Shown here piece by piece: positions 53,853 to 64,000 of a DNA stretch of 64,000 bases. Source of the stretch: Amoebidium appalachense (taxonomy: Eukaryota; Protista; Ichthyosporea); assembly GCA_963693365.1 (NCBI GenBank), contig CAVNZM010000006.1, positions 5,187,264-5,251,263 on the forward strand, written 5' to 3'. Position 1 is the stretch's first letter, and every line of letters starts with the position of its first letter. A program made the translations under genes and the position numbers. The notes beneath the pieces were generated by a model. The model searched no databases and was not told where the DNA came from. It saw only the letters and a list, made by a program, of their open reading frames with translations.

Positions 53853-54005
53853 TTGAATGCGGAACACGGTACGAGGGGGGGGGGAGGGGGGGATTTTTTT
53901 TTGTGTGTGTGTGTTGGGGGGGGGGGGGGGGGGGGGGGAGGGAGAGGGTGGGGGGGGGGGGGGAACGAGGGGGGTGGGGGGGTTTGAATGCGGAACACGG
54001 TACGA
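53853..54005 (-). mobile_element. Two ~22-nt 3'-terminal stubs of the poly(C)-associated retroposon (53853-53874, 53983-54005)
   Basis: Reverse complement CCCC-TCGTACCGTGTTCCGCATTCAA-CCCC is identical to the extreme 3' end of the 56943-57047 copy; the two stubs sit in a local ~130-bp duplication. Confidence 0.75.
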
Positions 54006-54795
54006 GGGGGGGGGGGGGATTTTTTTTTGTGGGGGGGGGGGGGGAGGGGGGTGGAATCCGAGTCTGCAGTGTGCTTGTGCCATTAGTGTCATTATTAATT
54101 AAACAGCTGCAGCATGTGAAAGTGACCTGCAATCACTTCTACACATTATTATTATGGTATTTTGACTACGCGTAATGATATCATAGGTATTAAAAAGGCG
54201 AATGTCGCATGCATGGATGTAGTGTGTGCTTGACGTGTATGTGGTTGCGTGTGTGCATGTTCGTGTGTATGTGCCGTGTGCGTGTGCATTGAATGTGACA
54301 TAGCATACTCTACATACACCGTGACATTACAGTTAAACTGTAAGTAACATTACAATCATAAACTACCACTATGACATGCTGAACATTACTGGAAGTTAAA
54401 TGTTGCAACTAACACCTAACAAACTGATTCTTAAGTATTAACTTGGCATCATGATGCCAAATCCCATACTAATCGAACCTACTAGACATGCTCTACGTTT
54501 GCCACCTGACCCCAAAGCAGCTGGCAGCCACAATAACAATTAGAAAAATAAAAAACTACGTGGAAGGATTGGCTCACTCCCACCTATTATCCGTGACACT
54601 AAAACTGAGCAGGCGGATGCCAAAAGCGGTGACCAGAGCATACAACATGGCCTTATACTAATGATGTAGGTGCGACACAAATGGGGAGGGATTGCTAAAG
54701 TCAGTTGACAGACGCTACATTGTGCACTGGCTATCGTGCTCGGGTATGTGTGATAATAACTGGGGTGGAACGCTTGCGGATGGTGCTGGTTCTGG

Positions 54796-55215
54796 CTAGG
54801 GGGGAATCACCCCAGACTGTTGGGTGCTTTGGAATTCATCCGCCGAATCCGCAGAAGCAAAATGGGCGTGCCGAGGACAGCGGAAATCATCAGCTACGTC
54901 TGCGAGGGTCACCCTTGAAAGGAATCCTTGGTATTCTGCTAGATTTCGCCGCCATTCGTTTACCATTAGTTCGCGTAGCCGTCCAATCGCCTCTATAGGC
55001 TCCATATTAGCTGTAAACCCCAATGTGTTGAGATGTTCACGGGTAGCGACATGACCGCTTTGTAGACACTGATTGACATAATGCCACACCGAATGAAACA
55101 AACAGTTGCCGTCAGCCGGTGTTTCCATAAGCTCCATTCTCCAGGCACCCAGAATTTGAAGAAGGCGTTGTTGCTGGACCTCAGGTGGCCCGGATATGTC
55201 CCTGTGTTGCACATC
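54796..55215 (-). pseudogene. OTU-like cysteine protease domain, disrupted (possible transposon-borne gene relic)
   Basis: RLLQILGAWRMELMETPADGNCLFHSV...LRELMVNEW...YQGFL; the OTU DGNC motif is present. Downstream VLGTPILL lies in another frame, with the intervening helix apparently deleted. Confidence 0.72.
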
Positions 55216-55284
55216 ACAAGGAAGAATAAGCAAAGACAAGAAGTGGGAGGGTGGTAGGGCGGTGGTGGTGGGGTGGGGTGGGAT

Positions 55285-55321
<37 letters not shown>

Positions 55322-55609
55322 GGCAGAGAGAGGCGGAGGAGAGAGAGAAAGACAGATTAGGGGGAGGCGGAAAGGCCGAGGAGCAGAACAAGGGAAACCT
55401 TGGCGTGTGTGTGTGTGTGGATGGGTGGGTGGAGGGGGGGGGGGGGGGAGGGGCATTAGATTATTAACAGCTATATGGGTGGATAGACGTGTGCGCGCGC
55501 GTCTGTGTGTGTGCGTGCGCTCGTGGCTGTGAGCGCAGGTGCGTGCAACAAAGGGTGTGTGTGTGTGTGTGTGCGTGGGAAGCGGGGGGGGGGGGGGGGG
55601 GGGGGGGGG

Positions 55610-56095
55610 TTTAAATGGGTCAAAAAGTACGAAGTACACAAGAACAAACGGATAACACGATGCAGAATGCAAGCCATACATAAAGAGTATGCATAATAAG
55701 CAGAGCCCATCCTCAGGGGGGGCCCACGTCATCCACAGTACCCGAGTTTCGACCTATTCACCTCGTTAACGGAACCCAACTCAGATACTGTTTCACTTGA
55801 ACATGGGTAGGTCACCCGTCTTGATCAGAGACGAGCAGGGTTGCTTATGCAGGCAAGGGCAGTGGGAAAGGCCGGGGGTTAAAGTTGCAGCAGTAAGCAG
55901 AAGCAAGAAAAATATAGATAGGAACTCAGGAAACGGGGCTTCTAGGAAGCTCCCCCGTCGCTACCTAAGTCGATACTTCCCTGGCTAACATACTACACCA
56001 GCTGAAAAGAATTAAGTCCCGAAGGCCGCAGAATTCGCAATCAGAGGGGAAAATATGAGATTTGACCCACGCCGCAGGGTAGTAACACGCATACT
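55610..56095 (-). mobile_element. Poly(C)-associated retroposon, long copy (reverse)
   Basis: Reverse complement colinear with 15322-15805; 3' end CATTTAAA abuts a long C-tract (G-tract on +); the 5' end may extend further toward 56250. Confidence 0.88.
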
Positions 56096-56942
56096 GAAGC
56101 GGAACTTAAACGTCTTCGAACGGAAAGCTATGCCCCCGGATGTCAGCCGGAAATATGCTATATTGCTTTGGGCTTGAAAAAAGCCAAATCGATAGTCCGA
56201 GTTATGTTACGCCGGTGGGTAACATGCCGCATGGGTTCCAAGGGAGCTGTCGCCAACAGAGCGGTGTGTGCATGCGTGCGTGCGCGTAACGCAATGTGTG
56301 AAGTGTGTCTATAGCTAGGAGAGGGGGTATGCAGAAGTGGACAGGTGAAGTGTGTGGAGAGAAAAAAAGTAGGAAGAAAAGTAGACACCGGTGTGTGCAA
56401 CCCCGCACAACACACACACACACACACACAACCCATAAATAAGCGAAGATTACAGGGGGGGGGGGGGGGGGGAGGGGGGGGGTAAAGGAGCATTAGACTA
56501 TTAACAATTCTATAAGTGAATAAGAGTGTGTGTGCGCGCTCGTGGATGCGAGGTGCACGCATGCATGCATGGGTGTGTTCGTGTGTGCATGTGTGTGAAA
56601 GAGGAGGGGTGTGGGGGGGGGGAGGTGGGGGGGGGGGGAGGTGGGGGGGTGGGGAGGTGGGGGGTGGGGTGGGGGGGGGGGGGGGGGGGGGGCACTCTGA
56701 AGGGGGCCGGGCAGATGTAAGGGAGTACTGATGAAGGAGGGGCTATGAACAGGGGGGGGGATAGATGCAGATGCTTTCAAATAGGTGGAAGAGAAACAGG
56801 GAGCTTCCAAAAAGGTAGGATGGAAGATATAGGTATAGAGAGAAATGAGAATTAGGGGAGGTAAGAGGTAACGGAGGACTTGAAAAGGAGGGACGAATGG
56901 GCAGAGGCCCTTCTGAGGGGGGGAGGGGGGGGGGGGGGGGGG

Positions 56943-57047
56943 CTTGAATGCGGAACACGGTACGAAGTACGCAAGCACCAAGGACACATGCAAAGGCAAA
57001 CATTCAAGTATGCAGGGGGGGGACAGGACAGGCATAATAAGTGGGCC
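56943..57047 (-). mobile_element. Second-subfamily 3'-end copy of poly(C)-associated retroposon
   Basis: Reverse complement GGCCCACTTATTATGC...TGCATAC...CTTGCGTACTTCGTACCGTGTTCCGCATTCAAG|CCCC shares CTTATTATGC, GTACTTCGTAC and CGCATTCAA with the main family. Confidence 0.7.
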
Positions 57048-57345
57048 TGGGGAGGCAGGTTGTCTGACAAAAAACTGGTGTCACTTGGGTTGGAAGGAGA
57101 GATGGATTGATACGTGCAAGGAAGTAAGGAGGTGGAGCAGTTGGGAGGAAGGATTGTGGGAAGGAGGAGAGGGGGAGGAGGGTGCAGAAAAGGGCGGGGC
57201 GAGGGGGGGGGGGGAGGATGGGGGGAAAGGGGAGGGAGGCCCTGCGGGGAAAGGGGGGGGAGAGGCGAGAGGGAGGAGCGGGGGGGCATTGGAGGGGGAA
57301 GGCGGGGGGGGGGGGGGGGGGGGGGGGGGGTTCGGCAGGAAGCAC

Positions 57346-59094
<1,749 letters not shown>

Positions 59095-60022
59095 CTGCAG
59101 CCAAAAGACAAAAGGCGAGGATAACATGAACGAGAATCCTCAGCAAAGCCCAACGGCCTGCCCACGTCCAATGCGGACGCGAGCATGTTTGTAACCCATG
59201 CTCACACAAAGTATGTACTGTCAGTTATGATTAAGCATTAAAGGGTGTTGTCTGTTTTTATATGCGCCTACTGCAATATGATAAGGATGCTAACGCTGTG
59301 TCACACCTGTCAACTGCCAGTCCAGGCTGTGACTGCCCGTTCAAGTAGGCCACCTGCAACGGTGGTCGACGTGGTCTTGCTTAGCCCGCCTTTCGAGTTT
59401 ATTCCTCGAATCAGACGCCACCAACGATGAGCCACAAAAAAACGGGTCAGAAACGATTCGAGCTGATTCGACCTATAATAGTTCGAACCGACCCATTTAT
59501 GCCCCAAAAAATTTGGACGTAAAATGTGGCACGAATTTATTTGGCACCAGCCCGCTAGCGGAGCACATCCAGGGGTATCCCCAAGCCCCTGTCGGTGCCT
59601 GGCCGACATCCTGCCCCATTTTCACCGTTTTGCAGGTTCGTGCCAAATATTACGTCACACCCTAGGAGCTTGGGAATTGAGGGTAGCACCCAAAACACCC
59701 AACTACACAGAAAACATGAAAAGCATGCACAACAATCGTCGGATGCGTGCTTTCCTCTCGCTATCGCCAATAGCTATACAAACTATGAATACCACACGTG
59801 CTTAATGAATAACAGAGGGCAAACAAGAGCATGCCGGACATGCTTATGAAATAAAGGGACATAAAGCACAAATAAACGATCGTACCTAACTATGTATGAT
59901 AGTATGTGCTCGTGCAACCTGTGTAAACCAAAGATGTGCAACTAATGAAGAATTGTGCTGTGCACGTGCGTCCGAAATGCATATGCCAACTCGTGCACTA
60001 TTGTTGTATATTCTGACAACAG

Positions 60023-60058
<36 letters not shown>

Positions 60059-60180
60059 TCTCCCCCCCGCCCTCTTCCGGCACACAGACACCACAACTGG
60101 TGGCCGCTCGCACATCCACACTGTGGCTGAGAAAGTTCCGGCAATGCACCTTAACACTGAGTGACATACCGTGACACACA

Positions 60181-60285
<105 letters not shown>

Positions 60286-60363
60286 GCACGCACACAAACA
60301 CACACGCGCACACACACACACACGCGCGCGCGCACACGCACAAACACGCACACACACACGCAC

Positions 60364-60435
<72 letters not shown>

Positions 60436-60557
60436 CATAACACCGCACTACATGCACCGTATTACTACCACTAAAGCACAAATGCACGCATATGCGCACG
60501 CGCACCATCACCCACGAACGTACTATAAAAACGGTATTTCCCTCCGGGGGCCTTCTA

Positions 60558-60611
<54 letters not shown>

Positions 60612-60784
60612 ATACACATACACACGCGCGCGGCGCCACGCGCGCGCGCACATGCACACACAAACACACAGACACACCACGGGTCCCTTCCCCCCTCCCC
60701 CCTCCCCGCCCCCATCCGCCTGCCAATCTTTAATGACGACCAGCATTCAATAAACCAATAAAATACTATTGTTGAATCCATCCC

Positions 60785-60830
<46 letters not shown>

Positions 60831-61090
60831 TTCAATTTTGTTTCAACAGCCAGCACCGCGTCATACACCAAATTGATCACCTCCGCAACTAACACCACCC
60901 ACGTGAGCACGTGCACTACTACTGACAGAGGGCCTCGTGACCGTGGCACCAATCACCCTGCATGAAAATCCCTCCCTTTCTTAGGCGCTATTCAGCGAGA
61001 TTTCCAACAGTGGGGGCTCATCAACTGCGCACCGCCACCAAAGCCTTTTCATTGGCTGCAGATCACGTGATCCACGTGATCCGCACAGCG

Positions 61091-61526
61091 ATGGGCCAAT
61101 CAGCTCTCTCCACACAATGTGCGCTCAAGAGTCTCCCCTCCTATGTAGTTGCGGCTTGTTTGCGGGTATTCCAGTCTCCCCCACACACCCTACCCACTTT
61201 GGCTCCCCCTCAAAACCTTCTCCCTCCCCCCCCCCTTCCCTCCCTTCCCCCCTTCCCCTTCCCCCCTCCAACCCGCCCCCGGCTGCCCCCTCCCCCCCCC
61301 CCCCCCCTCCCCCCGCCCACCTCCCCCTTTTCCCGCTCCGCTAGAACTTACTGGCGACCTAAATCTAGCGCCTTCCCCAACCCCATTACCCAAGGCTCTC
61401 CAATGTCCTGCGGGTCTTCCTCATTTATGCCTTCCTAGTTTTTTCTCTCCCCTCCCCCCCTCCCCCCCCCCCCCCCACCTCCCCACCCCTCCTGCGCGCT
61501 TCGGGACCCTCTCCTTGCAATCACCA

Positions 61527-61559
<33 letters not shown>

Positions 61560-62512
61560 CCCCATGAAACTCCCCCCCCCCCCCCTGGGTCCTCCCCTCT
61601 CACCCCTTCCCACCTCTCCCCTCCCCTCCCCGTTCCTCCCCCCTCCCGCCCCTGTGCCACCTCCTTCACCTCAGCCTGAGGGGTGCGATGGTCAGTGAAA
61701 TTACAATGATTCGTTCTAAAAATGCCTACATTTATGACACCTTAGGCTAACCTATCCTATCTCGCGCTGAAATTCAATAAGCACATAAGCCGCTTAAAGA
61801 AGTATTTGCCCTCCCACCCTCTCTTCTCTATCCGACCTGTCCCCTCCTCACCTCTCCCCTCTTTCCTCCCCTCTCTCTCCCCTTCTCCCCTGGGCACAAA
61901 TACAAATAAACCCCGCAATAGTGTGTGTGTGACTTTGGACTGCCACTTACTTATTAAACATGTACACAATCACAAGATAATCACGCAATATAACAAATGG
62001 AAAAAGATACCACACGACACTAGACCCGATGAAAGCATACACCTTGAAAAACTAAGCCTTATGTCTCGTTTTATATATACTGACCGCCTCAACCATATTG
62101 CCAAATATGGCACTCGCAAGTGTATAACACCTAAATACATATTACCTTCCTGTAGAACTGGTCTTTCTCTAGCTGATGGTATTATTGATCAATTACCACG
62201 CTTTTACTGTACACGTGCTATACAGTGGAGATCTAATAAGTATAAGGTGGCATCATTTGCATGCCCAAACAACACACACACACACCAGTTTAACCGGTCA
62301 TGTATCGCCAAATGTAGTTTGATAGACCACATAATACCGCAACACACACACGTCACATTCACAACAGACACCCAGAAAGATAGCCTACCTGTAAATTACA
62401 ACATCCTTGATTTTATACTAAACACGCGTAACTACGACCTGTTTATTAGATGTATTGATTGGCTTGAGAAACACATCACTACAAAATTATAGCGCACGCG
62501 CACACACACACA

Positions 62513-62563
<51 letters not shown>

Positions 62564-62595
62564 CCAGCTGATACCGAGTGTCCCGAGGGGAGCCC

Positions 62596-62641
<46 letters not shown>

Positions 62642-63660
62642 GGGGAACCCCAACTAATTGATTTCTCCTTGTAGTCTTTATGGTGTCTCGTAGAGAAAGT
62701 AAACCCTGATATATAGTCACCACCCGACATCTATGTACGTGATCATGATATACCGCTGAGGGGATATTCCGAGCAAACCCCCCCCCCCCCATACCTGAGA
62801 CTGGTTCTCTTTGCCTCGAGTAAACAGCGTAAACCCCTTATCATCTCAGGCACTGTCGATTCTTTTCTGCATCGCCAGCCTGCCTACGATTGGGTGGATA
62901 CTATGGCGGCTCCACCGCTATCCCGCACACAACAATGCACAGAGAACCACTTTGCAGCAGTTATCTCTCCTCACGGCTATCACGGACACATTTTCAACGC
63001 AATTTCCCTCTTTTTTTCCCTAATGGAGGTTACCGGCTATGTACCCCTTGACGGAGGGGCTCCAAAAATACCGTGTGCGGTTGTGGAATATATTTGGACA
63101 TGCACCGTTATGTGGACTTCGTTTGCTTCTGTTTTTAGTTCGTTCAACCTCCACCTAGTTCTCGTCAAACAAAGGTCCGCGCCGAAATGCAGCAGAATTT
63201 CGTATATCTCGTGTGCAGGATGTATTTTACTTCTCGGAGTACTAGCCGTGCCTTACTTTTTGGGTGGGATACACGGATATTCCTGCGTCCTTTTTTTGTG
63301 TCTATCTGTGGATGGTGAAATCTTTGGGTTTCCATTTTCCATATTTTTCCCCCAACGATTACGGTTTTTGTTTGCTCATATTTCTACTTTCGGATGGCAT
63401 GTGTTCTCAGACAACCCGCCAAATTCCGAACCACCGGCCCGGAAAGAGCCGTGCACATGGTGTCACAAACACCAATCACAGAAGTCTTCACACTGGCGAG
63501 GGGCCAATCATCTTTGGTATTTGAACGTCAGGTTGGGAGGGGTGCGAATCGCACGTCGCTTCCTATCGTAATGGAGCATGATCAGGAAATTTGCCCCCTA
63601 GACCAACAGGGTGGCCAGAGACGAGAAGATGATTTTTCAGACCCGTGGAGAATTGAATTT
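61091..63660 (+). CDS. 7TM GPCR-like receptor, subfamily B copy B3 (3' exon beyond window; two 1-nt T-run deletions)
   Basis: Exon 61091-61165 (MGQSALSTQCALKSLPSYVVAACLR|GT), exon 62850-63660. Frameshifts at ~62991 and ~63323 are each one missing T in a homopolymer relative to B1/B2 (assembly error or pseudogene). Confidence 0.72.
61950..62560 (+). mobile_element. 5'-truncated non-LTR retrotransposon (LINE ORF2 C-terminus) ending in (CA)n, inside intron 1 of GPCR B3
   Basis: Non-repetitive open frame to TAG at 62490-62492: QWRSN...CPNN..H.FNRSCIAKC...NILDFILN, resembling the post-RT Cys/His C-terminal region of LINE ORF2; immediately followed by CA repeats. No RT motifs are within the fragment. 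Confidence 0.6.
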
Positions 63661-63665
63661 GTGAG

Positions 63666-63705
<40 letters not shown>

Positions 63706-64000
63706 CCCCCACAAAAAAAAAAACCTCCCCCTCACCCGCCCCACCCCATTCCCTCTTTCTCTTAAGCCATTTTTCTTTCAAAGTTTCTCTCTCTCTCCCT
63801 CGGCCCCCCCCACCCCGCCCCCCCCCCCCCCCCCCTCCCTCCCTCCCTCCCTCCCTCCCTCCCTGCCTCCCAACCGGTCTTCCACCCACCCACCCACCCT
63901 CCCTCCCTCTCCAGGCCCACCCTCCCTCCCTCCCTCCCCCCTCCCTCCCCCCCCTTCCCCCCCCCCCCCCCCCCCCCCCCTTCTCTCCCTCCCTCCCTCC

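Noticed and set aside
59520-59665. Terminal inverted repeat of a DNA transposon
   Set aside because: No partner end was found elsewhere in the window.
62985-63330. Programmed frameshifting in receptor B3
   Set aside because: Both shifts are single-T losses in homopolymers relative to intact paralogs, typical of long-read error or decay.

Overview
Intron-rich eukaryotic DNA saturated with poly-G/poly-C tracts and (GT/CA)n, (GCGT)n, (CACT)n and (GA)n microsatellites. Almost all ORFs in the supplied track are low-complexity artefacts. Real content: (1) a 5'-incomplete, ~22-exon SAC3/GANP (MCM3AP-like) gene on + (397-20435) with five identical tRNA-Glu(CTC) genes inside one intron; (2) five paralogous 3-exon 7TM receptor genes resembling cAMP-receptor/Git3-type GPCRs in two subfamilies (22.4-63.7 kb), two with a single in-frame TAG where paralogs have Ser; (3) decayed minus-strand exons including an OTU protease domain (52-59 kb); (4) a LINE ORF2 C-terminal fragment ending directly in (CA)n. 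The most striking signal is a non-coding, structured ~0.5 kb retroposon family (9 copies or stubs, several subfamilies). Copies share a fixed 3' end (CATT(C/T)(A/T)A...), vary in 5' truncation, and all abut poly(C) tracts; one has a perfect 16-bp C-rich target-site duplication. This suggests a poly(C)/poly(G)-targeting TPRT system. All gene models, alignments and folds were read by eye.
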